In this document: positions 48,301 through 57,840 of the stretch, piece by piece
Layout: each line of letters begins with the position of its first letter
How positions within the stretch are numbered: the stretch's first letter is position 1
From: an uncultured Opitutia bacterium
GTDB lineage: Bacteria; Verrucomicrobiota; Verrucomicrobiia; Opitutales; Opitutaceae
Assembly (NCBI GenBank): GCA_903873805.1
Contig: CAIQQB010000106.1
Coordinates: forward strand, 102,672 to 166,671
Direction of reading: 5' to 3'
Length of the DNA: 64,000 nucleotides
Made by a program: the position numbers and the translations under genes
The notes under the pieces: generated by a model
Database searches by the model: none
What the model saw: only the letters and a program-made list of their open reading frames with translations
Told to the model about the DNA's origin: nothing

Positions 48301-50214
48301 TTAGGCGCGGCGGCGCGAGCGGTGGAACCAGAGGCCGAAGCAGCCCACGGCCAGGGGGGTGGCGAGGAGATTGATCCAAAGCAGGCGGCGGCCGAGCGAG
48401 TCGATGTCCTCGCGGAGGGTGCGGCGGATGTCGCGCTGCTCGGTCTTGATGCCGGCCTGCTGCGTGCGGAAATCGTCGATTGCCTTCTGCATTTCGGGCG
48501 TGGCGACCAGCCGGCCGCCCTCGGTCTTCTTGGTCTGGAGGGCGCTCAGCTTGGTCTGGACCTCGTTCAGCCGGGCCTCAAGCGCGGTGAGCTGCGCGTC
48601 AAACTTCTTTCGGGCGGTGGCCTCCATGTCCTGGACGACCTTGAACGGGCGCTGCGCGGGCATCTTGCCGCGGATTGAGAGCAGGTCGGTCGAGCCGGTG
48701 AGGAAGTCGAGCGCGTTGTCGGCGAAATCGAGGTCGTCGTTGCGCGGCATGAGATATCCGGCCTGGCGGGCGTCGGGATCAAAGATGAAGTCGTCGAACA
48801 GCCAGTCAGTGTCGGCGACGACCAACAGGGTGGAGGTGGTGGCGGACTCCGTCAGGGATTTTGGATTTTGGGTTTTGGCTTTTGGATCATCGGCGGGCTT
48901 GGGTGCGTCCGGGGCCGGCGCGGGGTCCTTCGGCGGTCCGTCGGGGAAGGCGGTCTTGAACTTGCCCTGGAGAAGGGCGGCAATGGTCTTTTTGCCGGAC
49001 GGGGTGATCTGGCGGGCGATTTCGTCGGGCGGGGCAAACTGGAGCATCGCGGCCTGGAGGTCGCCGGACTGGTCGGAGGTCTCGATCAGGGGCGTAACGG
49101 TGACCCCCGGGGCGGCCTTGATGTTGAAGCTGCCGGCCTCGACGAAGAAGAAGGACTTGAGCTGGGCGGTGGCGGGGCTCTGGGCGTTGCCGCTGTCCTT
49201 GTCGAGTGAGAGCCAGGTGGGCAGATCGGACACGGCACCGGATCGGCTGGTCCGGACCTTGGTGGAGTGGAGCGGATCGCCGACGATGGCTTGGGCGTTG
49301 TAGCCGATGCCATAGGAGTTCAGCAGCTGGGGCAGGTCGCTCGAAACGCCGGGCTGCGGGCCGCCCATCATCATCTGCTGTCCGCCCTGCCGCTTGAAAT
49401 ACTGCGAGGACGGATCGACCGCGAGGAACACCGGCTTGCCGGACAGGATGAACTGGTCGATGGCGAACTGGAGCTTGGGGCTGAGGTTCTGCGGATGAAT
49501 GACGGCGAGGGCGTCAAGGTTGTCCGGCAGCTTGTCGGCGTCGGACTGGACGGCCTGCAGGTTGAAATTATGGGACCACTCGGTGGCGACATACTGGCCG
49601 GGCTTGGGTTGCTGCTGCATCATCATCAGCATCTGGGTCTCCTGCGGCGCGCTGCCCTGGAGCGGGAGACTGGTGATGAGTCCGAGCTTGGGCTTGTCCG
49701 CGTCGACCCGGCCGACATCGGAGACGAGCAGGGAGAGGTCGTATTCCAGGAGCTGTTCCCGGGTGGCGGAGAAGCTGGGCAGGGAGGCGTGCTTGTCGGC
49801 TTGGGTGGCGGCGAGGCCGAAGTAAACGGGGTCTCCGCCGGAGTCGGGGCTGTTGATCGGCTGGAGGCCGGCGGCGGCGGCCTTTTCCTCCTCGGGGGTG
49901 TCGGGCTCGGGATTGATGACGTTCAGGGTGATCCGGCCGCCGGAGGCGCGCACATACTGGTGGAGCATTTCCAGCACCTGATCGGCGTAGTTCTTGACCT
50001 GGATGGGCGTGCTAGCGGAGTCGCGGGAGAAATAGAAGTCGAGTGTGATGGGCTCGCCCACGCGGGCGAGGATGGCGCGGGTGCCGGGGGTGAGCGTGTA
50101 GATTTTGCCGGCGGTGGCGTCGAGGCGCAGGGGGAGGTTCGCCGCCAGGTAGTTGACGAGCACGAGGCCGGCGAAGAGGAGGAGGATGGCGAGGGCTTTG
50201 AGGCCGGGTTTCAT
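48301..50214 (-). CDS. GldG-family ABC-transporter auxiliary (periplasmic/membrane-anchored) protein
   Basis: 637 aa with N- and C-terminal TM anchors. 'GKIYTLTPGTRAILARVGEPITLDFYFSRD' resembles the GldG N-terminus. It contains the in-frame mini-repeat peptide 'DDPKAKTQNPKS'. Confidence 0.75.
   Translation of the reverse strand: MKPGLKALAILLLFAGLVLVNYLAANLPLRLDATAGKIYTLTPGTRAILARVGEPITLDFYFSRDSASTPIQVKNYADQVLEMLHQYVRASGGRITLNVINPEPDTPEEEKAAAAGLQPINSPDSGGDPVYFGLAATQADKHASLPSFSATREQLLEYDLSLLVSDVGRVDADKPKLGLITSLPLQGSAPQETQMLMMMQQQPKPGQYVATEWSHNFNLQAVQSDADKLPDNLDALAVIHPQNLSPKLQFAIDQFILSGKPVFLAVDPSSQYFKRQGGQQMMMGGPQPGVSSDLPQLLNSYGIGYNAQAIVGDPLHSTKVRTSRSGAVSDLPTWLSLDKDSGNAQSPATAQLKSFFFVEAGSFNIKAAPGVTVTPLIETSDQSGDLQAAMLQFAPPDEIARQITPSGKKTIAALLQGKFKTAFPDGPPKDPAPAPDAPKPADDPKAKTQNPKSLTESATTSTLLVVADTDWLFDDFIFDPDARQAGYLMPRNDDLDFADNALDFLTGSTDLLSIRGKMPAQRPFKVVQDMEATARKKFDAQLTALEARLNEVQTKLSALQTKKTEGGRLVATPEMQKAIDDFRTQQAGIKTEQRDIRRTLREDIDSLGRRLLWINLLATPLAVGCFGLWFHRSRRRA
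48857..48890. repeat. AT-rich mini-repeat (gattttggattttgggttttggcttttggatcat) embedded in-frame in the GldG-like CDS
   Basis: Its reverse complement translates as A D D P K A K T Q N P K S L. This is the same Q-N-P-K-S frame as the copy in the E1 linker. Confidence 0.75.
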
Positions 50215-50236
50215 GGCAAAGGGGGTGGGGCGGGTT

Positions 50237-50959
50237 TCAGCGCTCGAGGGCGACCACGTTGAGGAAGAGGGTGAAGGCGGTGAGCGAGAGGAAGAACACG
50301 ACGTCCTTCAGCTCGACGACGCCCTTGAGAAAGGGGTCGAAGTGGGTCTTGAAGCTGAAGTTGGCGAGCAGGTCGACACCCCAAGCCGGCAGGTAGGCGG
50401 CGGCGAACGTGCTGAAGATGTTCCAGCCGAGAAACACCAGCACGAGGCAGGCGAGCAGACTGAGGACGAAGCTGATGACCTGGTTTTTGGTCAGCGCCGA
50501 GGTGAGTGAGCAGACGCCGAGATACGAACCGGCCATGAGGATGCTGCCGATGTAGCTGGTGACCACGACGCCCCAGTCGGGACTGCCAAGGTGGTGGAGG
50601 GTCAGCACCAGCGGAAAGCTCATCAGCACGGCGAGCGTGAGAAACGCCCAGGCGGCGAGAAACTTGCCCAGCACGGCCTCCAGGGTGGTGACCGGCAGGG
50701 TGAAAAGCAGCTCGACAGTCCCGGTGCGCTTTTCTTCCGACCACAGGCGCATGCCGGCGGCGGGGATGAGGAACAGGAACAGCCACGGGTGCCAGGTGAA
50801 GTAGCCCTCGAGCGAGGCGTTGTTGTATTCGTAGAAATGGCTGAGGAAAAACGTGCAGATGATCGAGGCGACGAGGAACACGATCAGGAACACGTAGGCC
50901 ACCGGCGCGCGGAAGTAGCCGAGAAACTCGCGGCGGAAGAGCGGACAAATTTGTTTCAT
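50237..50959 (-). CDS. ABC-2 type transporter permease (GldF-like)
   Basis: 240 aa with 6 TM helices. It lies between the ABC ATPase and GldG genes. Confidence 0.75.
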   Translation of the reverse strand: MKQICPLFRREFLGYFRAPVAYVFLIVFLVASIICTFFLSHFYEYNNASLEGYFTWHPWLFLFLIPAAGMRLWSEEKRTGTVELLFTLPVTTLEAVLGKFLAAWAFLTLAVLMSFPLVLTLHHLGSPDWGVVVTSYIGSILMAGSYLGVCSLTSALTKNQVISFVLSLLACLVLVFLGWNIFSTFAAAYLPAWGVDLLANFSFKTHFDPFLKGVVELKDVVFFLSLTAFTLFLNVVALER

Positions 50960-50984
50960 GGGGGGCGGAGCGGAAGGTCGAATG

Positions 50985-51012
50985 ACTAAGGACTAAGGTC
51001 TAAGGTCGGAGG
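50985..51012. repeat. tandem heptamer array (ACTAAGG ACTAAGG TCTAAGG TCGGAGG) in the ATPase-permease intergenic region, 26 nt upstream of the permease start
   Basis: Read directly from the sequence. On the mRNA (minus) strand it reads CCUCCGA CCUUAGA CCUUAGU CCUUAGU. Confidence 0.7.
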
Positions 51013-51059
51013 ATCTGGATCGAGGGCGGCATTGTTGACCGACGCCCGTCGGTCCGGGT

Positions 51060-51782
51060 TCAAACATCGCTACTGGTGAGTTGGCGGAAGATCTCGTCGA
51101 GGCGGGCCCCGGGTGAGCGGGCGCGGAAACGCTCGGGGGTTTCGTCCACCACGACCTTGCCGCGGGAAATGATGATGACGCGCGTGCAGATGGCCTCCAC
51201 TTCCTCGAGGATGTGGGTCGAGAGGATGACCGCCTTCTGGGAGGCCATCTTCTTGATGAGGGCGCGGACCTCGTTCTTCTGGTTGGGATCGAGGCCGTCG
51301 GTCGGCTCGTCGAGGATGAGCACGGGCGGGTCGTGCAGGAGGGCCTGGGCGAGGCCGACGCGCTGCTTAAACCCCTTGGACAGCGTCTCGATGGTCTGCC
51401 GGCGGACGGGCTCGAGGTGGGTGAGGGCCAGGGCGCGCTCGACCTGGGTGTTGCGGGCGGCCTTGTCGCGGAAGCCGCGGATTTCGGCGATGAAGGTGAG
51501 GAACTCGCCGACGGTCATCTCGCCATAGGCGGGGGCGCTTTCAGGCAGGTAGCCGATCCGGCGTTTCACCGCAACGGGGTCGACGGTCACGTCGATGCCC
51601 TCCACGGTGGCCGTGCCGGCATTCGGGCGCAGGAAGCCCGTGATCATCTTCATCGTGGTGGACTTGCCGGCGCCGTTAGGGCCGAGGAAGCCGAGGATGT
51701 CGCCGCGTTTGACAGCGAAACTGACACCGTCGACGGCGCGTTTGGAGCCGTATGTTTTTACCAGGCCTTTGACTTCAATCAT
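51060..51782 (-). CDS. ABC transporter ATP-binding protein (GldA-like)
   Basis: 240 aa from the ATG at 51782 (MIEVKGLVKTYGSKRAV…). It has Walker A 'GPNGAGKST', the signature 'LSKGFKQRVGLAQAL' and Walker B 'LILDEPTDGLD'. Confidence 0.9.
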   Translation of the reverse strand: MIEVKGLVKTYGSKRAVDGVSFAVKRGDILGFLGPNGAGKSTTMKMITGFLRPNAGTATVEGIDVTVDPVAVKRRIGYLPESAPAYGEMTVGEFLTFIAEIRGFRDKAARNTQVERALALTHLEPVRRQTIETLSKGFKQRVGLAQALLHDPPVLILDEPTDGLDPNQKNEVRALIKKMASQKAVILSTHILEEVEAICTRVIIISRGKVVVDETPERFRARSPGARLDEIFRQLTSSDV

Positions 51783-51983
51783 GGGGGAAGGGGAATGAAG
51801 AATGGAACGCGCTGCGAAACGGCAACAGGAAAAAAGTTCCCTGCAAAAAATCTGCGGAAACGGGCGGCCGGCGCCCCGGGGGAAGCCGGAAGCCACAGCG
51901 GGTGACGTTCGGCGCTGATCCCAGCCGCCCCGACCCTTGTGGCGAACTTTGCCGGGGGCAGGCGGACTGGGCCAAACGCAGGG

Positions 51984-53195
51984 TTAGGCCCTATCAGCCG
52001 GGTCGGCAACGGGGGTGACCGCCGCGCGGCTATGCTCCGTCTGCAGGCGGAGCTGGCCGCAGGCGGCATCGATGTCGTGGCCCTTTTCGCGGCGGAGCGT
52101 CACGGAGACGCGCGCGCGGCGCAGGACCTCGGCGAAGCGCTCCTGCCGGGTAAGGCTCGGCCGCTTCCACGGCAGGCCCGCGACAGTATTGTAGGGAATC
52201 AGGTTCACGTGCGCGTGCAGGTCGCGCGCGAGGTCGCGGAGCTTCTCGGCCTGCTCCAGCGCGTCGTTGACCTCCGCGATCAGGATGAACTCCAGCGTGA
52301 CCATGCGACCGTGCTTTTCGGAGAACGCCCGCACCGCCGGGATGAGCTTGGCCAGCGGATAGGCCTTGTTCACCGGCATGATCTTCTCGCGGACCTCGTC
52401 GGTCGCGCCATGGAGCGAGATGGCAAGGCGGAAGCCGAGCGGCTCGTCGGCCAGCTGCAGGATTCGCGGAACGAGGCCGCTGGTCGAGACGGTGATGCGG
52501 CGGGCGCCGAAGCCGAGGCCCCAGTCGGCGTTGACAATCGTGAGGGCGCGGATGAGCGCGTCGTAGTTGGCGAGCGGCTCGCCCATGCCCATGACGACGA
52601 TGTTGTCGAACGAGGCCAGCTCCGTCCGCGCGCGGGGCGTGAGGGCGTCCTCGAGGTGGCAAACGTGGAGCAGCTGGGCAACAATCTCGCCGGCGGAGAG
52701 ATCGCGCTTGAGGCCGGCGAGCCCGCTGGCGCAGAACACGCAGCCCATCGCGCAACCGACCTGGGTGGAGATGCAGATGGTCTTGCGCGAATGGTCGAGG
52801 CCCACGCCCTCCTGCGGCACGCGGATGATGACGGTCTCGATCAGCGAGCGGTCGCGCAGCTCGAGGAGGAGCTTGTCGGTCACGTCGGCCGACTGCTTGT
52901 TCAGCACCAGCGCGGCGGGCAGCAGGTCAAAGGTCTCCGCGAGCCAGGCGCGGAGCGGCTTGGACAGGCTGGTCATGTCGTCCCAGGAGCGGGCGCGCTT
53001 TTTGTAGAGCCAGTCGAGGATCTGCTTCGCGCGGAACGCCGGCTCGCCGCGCTCCGCGAGGCGGGCGGTGAGGGTGGCGAGGGTTTCGCCGGTGAGCGGC
53101 GGCAGGGACGGGAGGAATTTGGCCAAGGTGGGAGGGGCCGGCGGCGCGGGCGCCAAGCTGGGCGTGACATTCGACCGGCAACCGTCAACTTTCAA
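51984..53195 (-). CDS. rlmN: 23S rRNA (adenine2503-C2)/tRNA methyltransferase, radical SAM
   Basis: It has the radical-SAM cluster 'CAMGCVFCASG' and 'GMGEPLANYDALI' with a C-terminal Cys. The start is uncertain because the ORF-track start is a TTG. 'FRAKQILDWLY' matches the RlmN N-terminal region. Confidence 0.85.
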   Translation of the reverse strand: MKVDGCRSNVTPSLAPAPPAPPTLAKFLPSLPPLTGETLATLTARLAERGEPAFRAKQILDWLYKKRARSWDDMTSLSKPLRAWLAETFDLLPAALVLNKQSADVTDKLLLELRDRSLIETVIIRVPQEGVGLDHSRKTICISTQVGCAMGCVFCASGLAGLKRDLSAGEIVAQLLHVCHLEDALTPRARTELASFDNIVVMGMGEPLANYDALIRALTIVNADWGLGFGARRITVSTSGLVPRILQLADEPLGFRLAISLHGATDEVREKIMPVNKAYPLAKLIPAVRAFSEKHGRMVTLEFILIAEVNDALEQAEKLRDLARDLHAHVNLIPYNTVAGLPWKRPSLTRQERFAEVLRRARVSVTLRREKGHDIDAACGQLRLQTEHSRAAVTPVADPADRA

Positions 53196-53206
53196 CCCCG
53201 TAGCGC

Positions 53207-54334
53207 ATGCACACCCTCCAACGCCATATTTTCACGAGCGTGTTGTTCGCGTGCGCGGCGGCGGTCGGGGTGTTCGCTTTTGTGTTCATGGCCGTCAACG
53301 GGACCAAGGACCTGCTGAGCTATGTGCTGGCGGGGCAGCTCACGCCCGGGGAGGTTGTGCACCTGTTCCTGCTGCTCGTGCCCTTTGTCCTGGCCTTCGC
53401 CCTGCCGATGGGGCTGCTGACGGGCGTCCTGCTGGTGCTGGGCCGGATGTCGGCGCAGCAGGAGATCACCGCAGCCCGGGCGGCCGGGCTGAGTTTCGGC
53501 TACGTCACCCGGCCGGTCCTGCTGCTGGGGGGGCTGGCGATGTTGCTGGCCCTGGCGGTCAACTATTCCTTCCTGCCCCGGGCGCGCGTGGCCTACCACG
53601 AGTTGTTGACCGACACCCTCCGCACCAAGCCGCTCAACCTGATCGTGCCAAAGACCGCCATCCGGGATTTTCCCGGCTGGGTGGTCTATATCGGCGACAA
53701 GGACGGCGGCATCCTGCACGACTGCTGGGTCTGGCGGCTCGACGAGCAGAAGCGCGTCATCCAGTTCTTGAAGGCCAAGTCGGGTCATATCGATTATACT
53801 CCGGAGGACGGCCGGCTGCAGATCACGCTGACGGAGTGCACGGTGGAGGAACGGGACGCCACCGACCCGGAGGATTTCTCGAAGCCGAACTCGATTGCGA
53901 CCGTCGGCCAGGCGGGCCCGATCGAGCTCAAGAATTTCTTCAACACCCAGACCTTCACGAAAAAGCAGGCTTGGTTCACGGTCAGCGAACTCCTGGCTGA
54001 GCACGCCCGGCTGGTGGCGGCCCCGCCTTCGCCCGAGCGCGACCGCGCCGTCATGCAGGTGCTGATCACGCTGAACGAGAAGGGGGCGCTCGCACTGTCG
54101 GTCTTCTCGCTGACGCTCCTGGCCGTGCCGCTGGGCATCCGCGTTTCGCGCAAGGAAACCACGGCCAACCTCGCGCTCGCGATCCTCTGCGCCCTCGGCT
54201 ACTACTTTCTCACCGTGATGGTGAGCTGGCTCAACAACAAGCCGGCGCTCCGGCCGGACCTGCTGCTGTGGGTGCCGAACCTGGTGCTGCTGGCGGTGGG
54301 GGCCGGGCTGTACCGCCGGCTGGACCGCCGTTAG
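53207..54334 (+). CDS. LptF/LptG-family LPS export permease
   Basis: 375 aa with 6 TM helices and a central periplasmic beta-jellyroll. The 'HRYL…'-type N-terminus here reads 'LQRHIFTSVLF'. Confidence 0.8.
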   Translation: MHTLQRHIFTSVLFACAAAVGVFAFVFMAVNGTKDLLSYVLAGQLTPGEVVHLFLLLVPFVLAFALPMGLLTGVLLVLGRMSAQQEITAARAAGLSFGYVTRPVLLLGGLAMLLALAVNYSFLPRARVAYHELLTDTLRTKPLNLIVPKTAIRDFPGWVVYIGDKDGGILHDCWVWRLDEQKRVIQFLKAKSGHIDYTPEDGRLQITLTECTVEERDATDPEDFSKPNSIATVGQAGPIELKNFFNTQTFTKKQAWFTVSELLAEHARLVAAPPSPERDRAVMQVLITLNEKGALALSVFSLTLLAVPLGIRVSRKETTANLALAILCALGYYFLTVMVSWLNNKPALRPDLLLWVPNLVLLAVGAGLYRRLDRR

Positions 54335-54391
54335 GACAGCTGGCCGGCCCTCCTGGTCGAAAAAGGTTTTGCGGCCTTCCGGCGAAGGCCT

Positions 54392-54766
54392 ATGCCCCTT
54401 CAACCCATGGAGCATCAGAAACGCTTTCGCCGGATTGGCGCCGCCATCCTGGTCGCCGGTTTGCTGGCGGCGGCGGTGGTTTATTGCGTGCAGCCGCCGG
54501 ACGAGGAAAACGATCTCATGGGCCTGGGGACGCCGTCGAAGCGCGACCTGTACCAGATGGAGCGGCTCGGCGGCAAAGCCAACGTGGTGGCCAACGAGCT
54601 GACCACCTGGTTCGACAGCCGGTGGCACGGCCGGAAGCTGGCGACCACGCTGGCCGTGCTGGCGGCAGCCGGGGCCGGCGTCTGTTTCCTGTTCGCACGC
54701 CTCCCGCACGATCCGTTTGCCCCGGACGAGGGGAGCGACCCCACGCCGCCGGCTCCGGGTGCGTAG
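54392..54766 (+). CDS. hypothetical small membrane protein
   Basis: 124 aa with two TM segments and no recognisable domain. Confidence 0.4.
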   Translation: MPLQPMEHQKRFRRIGAAILVAGLLAAAVVYCVQPPDEENDLMGLGTPSKRDLYQMERLGGKANVVANELTTWFDSRWHGRKLATTLAVLAAAGAGVCFLFARLPHDPFAPDEGSDPTPPAPGA

Positions 54767-54798
54767 ACCGACGCGGGCATTCCTGCCGGTCCCGGATT

Positions 54799-56796
54799 TC
54801 AGGCGGCGGCGCTGAGCGGCGGCAGCGGCACGTCCAGCGCGGCGGCGAGCGCGCGGTAGAGCTCACCTTCCTCGACCGTCACCACGCCGTCGGCCCCGAT
54901 CACCGCGGCGGCGGCGGTGAGCAGCCGCCGCTTGATCGGCCCGGAGGCGCGCACCAGCCGGTCGAGCACCGGATCGAGCCGGGCGAGGGTGCAATCGGCC
55001 GCGGGCTGGAGTCCGAGTCGCCCGTCGAGCAGCCGCAGCTGCGCAGTCCCCGCAGCGAACGCGTCCCCGGCCGCGGCTTCGTCGCCGGAGAGTCGGGCGA
55101 GCACCGAGAGCACCAGCGCGATCTCGTCGGCCACGGCGGCGAAGGATTGAATGTCGCCGATGGCCGCGTTGGGCTGGGCGATGAGGTGCAGATGGCGTTC
55201 CAGGACCTTTTGCAGGGCGAACTCAAAGGGGGACACGCGGCCGTCGGCGTGGACGAGTTCGTCGAGCGTGCCGAGCAGACGATCGAGGGCGCCGCGATCC
55301 AGCGCGGCGAGGGCGGGAAGCGCGAGTTGCAGCAGTGGCAACCGCGCCTCGGGGGCGACGGCGGCGAGCGGTTCGCGGAGGGCGGCCAGGGCGGCGGCGG
55401 TCACCTCGCCGGCCTGCGTGGCGACGAGCGCGAGCTGGCGCTCGGCGATGCCGGGGTCGGGGTCGAGCAGGAGTCCGCAGACGACCGCCGGGGCCCGCGC
55501 GGGATCGCGGACGGCCTCGCGCACCTCGGCGGGAATCCGGTCGAGGAGCTCTTGCGCGTGCGCCAGGTGGCCGGCGGTGAGCTGGCCCGCGCGCGCCGCC
55601 GCAGTTTCCGGTGGCAGCCAGTTCCGGCGCGGCGGGGGCGGGGATTTGAAACCTGAACTTTGGGCCGGCGGCGCGAAACCGGCCACCGGGTGGAGCGGCG
55701 GCGCGAAGCCGGCGACGGCCGAGCTGGTGTGGGCGACGTCGACCATCTCGGGAGGCTCGAAAAACTGCCCGTCGAACTGCGGTTCGATGGCGCGGATGCG
55801 CCGGTCGAGCGGCGGGTGGGTGGCCATGAGCCCGTCGAAGCTGGAGCGGAAACCCTGGGCGAAGAAGAAGTGGCGGATCGGGGCCGTGTCGTGGTGGACG
55901 ACGAGCCCGCCGAGGGCGTAGCCGCCAATCTTCTTGAGCGCACCGGTGATGCCCCCGGGGTTGCGCGTGAACTGCACGCTGGAGGCGTCGGCGAGGAACT
56001 CGCGCTGGCGCGAGATGGCGGCCTGGATGAGCCGGCCGAAGAACCAGCCGAGGTAGCCGATGACCATCAGGGCGAGGCCGGTGACCGCGAGGGCGGCGAC
56101 AATGCCGCCGGCGTTCTTGCCGCGCACCCGGCTGCCGCGCAGGCTGTAGAGCAGGCCGCGTCCCGCCAGGGCGATGACGAGGATGCCGAAGACGAGTGCG
56201 GTGATCCGCAAGTTGAGCCGCATGTCGCCGTTGAGGATGTGGCTGAATTCGTGGCCGATCACGCCCTGGAGCTCGTCGCGCGTGAGACGGTCGAGTGTGC
56301 CGCGAGTGACGGTGACGACGGCGTCGCTGGTGGTGAGCCCGGCAGCGAAGGCGTTGATGCCAATCTCGTCGTCGAGGACGTAGACGGCGGGGAGCGGGAT
56401 GCCGGAGGCGATGGCCATCTCCTCGACGACATTGAGCAGCTGGCGTTCCCGGGGGTCGGCGGAGCCGGGCTCGAGGCGGCGGGCACCGACGCTCTCGGCC
56501 ACGGCCGCGCCGCCGCCGGCGTATTCATTCCACTTATACAGCGCCGCTAGGCCGACGACGGCGAAGGTGCCGGTGACGACCGCGGCGAACAGTCCGGGCT
56601 GCCAGAGGGCAGGGGAGTCGTCGGCGGATTGGTAGTCAACGTAGCCGCGGCGCGCCCCGTGGTTGTGCCACTGGGAGGTCAGCAGAAGCGCCGCGAGGTA
56701 GCCGGTGAGCACGGTGCCGACCACCGCACACGCGAACAGCCCGACGAGCCGGTGGGTGCGTTTCTTCGCCAGGGCCTGGGCCTCGAAGAAGTCCAT
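54799..56796 (-). CDS. M48-family zinc metalloprotease (HtpX-like) with a long (~370 aa) C-terminal extension
   Basis: It has N-terminal TM helices and the HEXXH motif in 'VIGHEFSHILNGD'. The rest of the M48 fold is present, and the C-terminal half is Ala/Leu-rich helical. Confidence 0.8.
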   Translation of the reverse strand: MDFFEAQALAKKRTHRLVGLFACAVVGTVLTGYLAALLLTSQWHNHGARRGYVDYQSADDSPALWQPGLFAAVVTGTFAVVGLAALYKWNEYAGGGAAVAESVGARRLEPGSADPRERQLLNVVEEMAIASGIPLPAVYVLDDEIGINAFAAGLTTSDAVVTVTRGTLDRLTRDELQGVIGHEFSHILNGDMRLNLRITALVFGILVIALAGRGLLYSLRGSRVRGKNAGGIVAALAVTGLALMVIGYLGWFFGRLIQAAISRQREFLADASSVQFTRNPGGITGALKKIGGYALGGLVVHHDTAPIRHFFFAQGFRSSFDGLMATHPPLDRRIRAIEPQFDGQFFEPPEMVDVAHTSSAVAGFAPPLHPVAGFAPPAQSSGFKSPPPPRRNWLPPETAAARAGQLTAGHLAHAQELLDRIPAEVREAVRDPARAPAVVCGLLLDPDPGIAERQLALVATQAGEVTAAALAALREPLAAVAPEARLPLLQLALPALAALDRGALDRLLGTLDELVHADGRVSPFEFALQKVLERHLHLIAQPNAAIGDIQSFAAVADEIALVLSVLARLSGDEAAAGDAFAAGTAQLRLLDGRLGLQPAADCTLARLDPVLDRLVRASGPIKRRLLTAAAAVIGADGVVTVEEGELYRALAAALDVPLPPLSAAA

Positions 56797-57117
56797 GGGG
56801 TCAGAAGTCAGGAATTAGAATTGGCCACAATAGGTCACAAAGAGCGCAAAACAACGGTGGGATCCTAACGTGATATTGCGGGTGGGCCCGGGTTTCCCTT
56901 CTTACTGCGGTGTGCTCTGCAAACCCGCCTGATTTCTGCCAGCAACACCCAGCCCCAACAGGTTAGGAATAGGGTGAGCAAAAGGCATACTTGCAGCTCC
57001 GAGGTTTGCCACGTCGACAGGGCGATAAAAGAGCTTCCTCCGAGATAAAGCAAAAGAAGGCCGAAAGGCTTATTCATTTTCTTGCGCTCGCCGCGAGGGC
57101 GGCCCGCACCGCGGTCC

Positions 57118-57723
57118 TCAAGTGAAGCTCACCTTCGGCGCGTTGCGCTCCGTCGGGTCCTCGATGTGGAAGAGCTCGGCGGGGAGAAAGCCGAACATGC
57201 CGGCGAAAACCACGTTGGGGAAGACCTCGCGCGAGGTGTTGTATTGCATGACCGAGTCGTTGTAGGCCTGCCGGGCGAAGGAGACCTTGTTCTCGGTCGA
57301 GGTCAGCTCCTCGGTGAGCTGCATCATGTTCTGGTTGGCCTTGAGATCGGGATACTGTTCGGAAACGACCATCAGGCGGCTGAGGGCGCCGGTGAGGCCG
57401 CCCTCGGCGGAGACGAGGCCCTTGACCGCATTGGCGTCGGTCGGATTGGCGGCGGCCGTCTGCGACGCGGCGTAGGCGATGTTGCGCGCCTTGATGACGG
57501 CCTCGAGCGTCGAGCTCTCGTGCTTCATATAGCCCTTGGCGGTCTCGACGAGATTGGGGATGAGGTCGTAGCGGCGCTTGAGTTGGACGTCGATCTGCGC
57601 GAAGGCGTTCTTGAAACGATTGCGCAGGGCGACGAGCGAGTTGTAGATGCCGGCGACCCAGAGGGCGAGAACCACGGCGAGACCGAGCAGGACGAGGAGG
57701 ACAATGAGGATGGCGCTGTTCAT
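57118..57723 (-). CDS. lemA: LemA family protein
   Basis: 201 aa from the ATG at 57723. It has an N-terminal TM helix followed by 'NSLVALRNRFKNAFAQIDVQLKRRYDLIPNLVETAKGYMKHE', the LemA signature. Confidence 0.85.
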   Translation of the reverse strand: MNSAILIVLLVLLGLAVVLALWVAGIYNSLVALRNRFKNAFAQIDVQLKRRYDLIPNLVETAKGYMKHESSTLEAVIKARNIAYAASQTAAANPTDANAVKGLVSAEGGLTGALSRLMVVSEQYPDLKANQNMMQLTEELTSTENKVSFARQAYNDSVMQYNTSREVFPNVVFAGMFGFLPAELFHIEDPTERNAPKVSFT

Positions 57724-57840
57724 GGTGAGGAAGGGTTGGGAACTGCGGGCCATTGTGCCGGTCAGCCGACTCGGGGCGAGGCGGAACTGGTTACAAGACG
57801 GTTGATTGTTTCCACCGTCCCCCGCAACCTCCCCCCGCCC

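Noticed and set aside
56865-57077. 70-aa two-TM ORF in the lemA–M48 spacer as a confident gene
   Set aside because: Its codon usage (AT-rich third positions) and ~50% GC are highly atypical for this genome. I kept it only as a possibility inside a finding, not as a feature.
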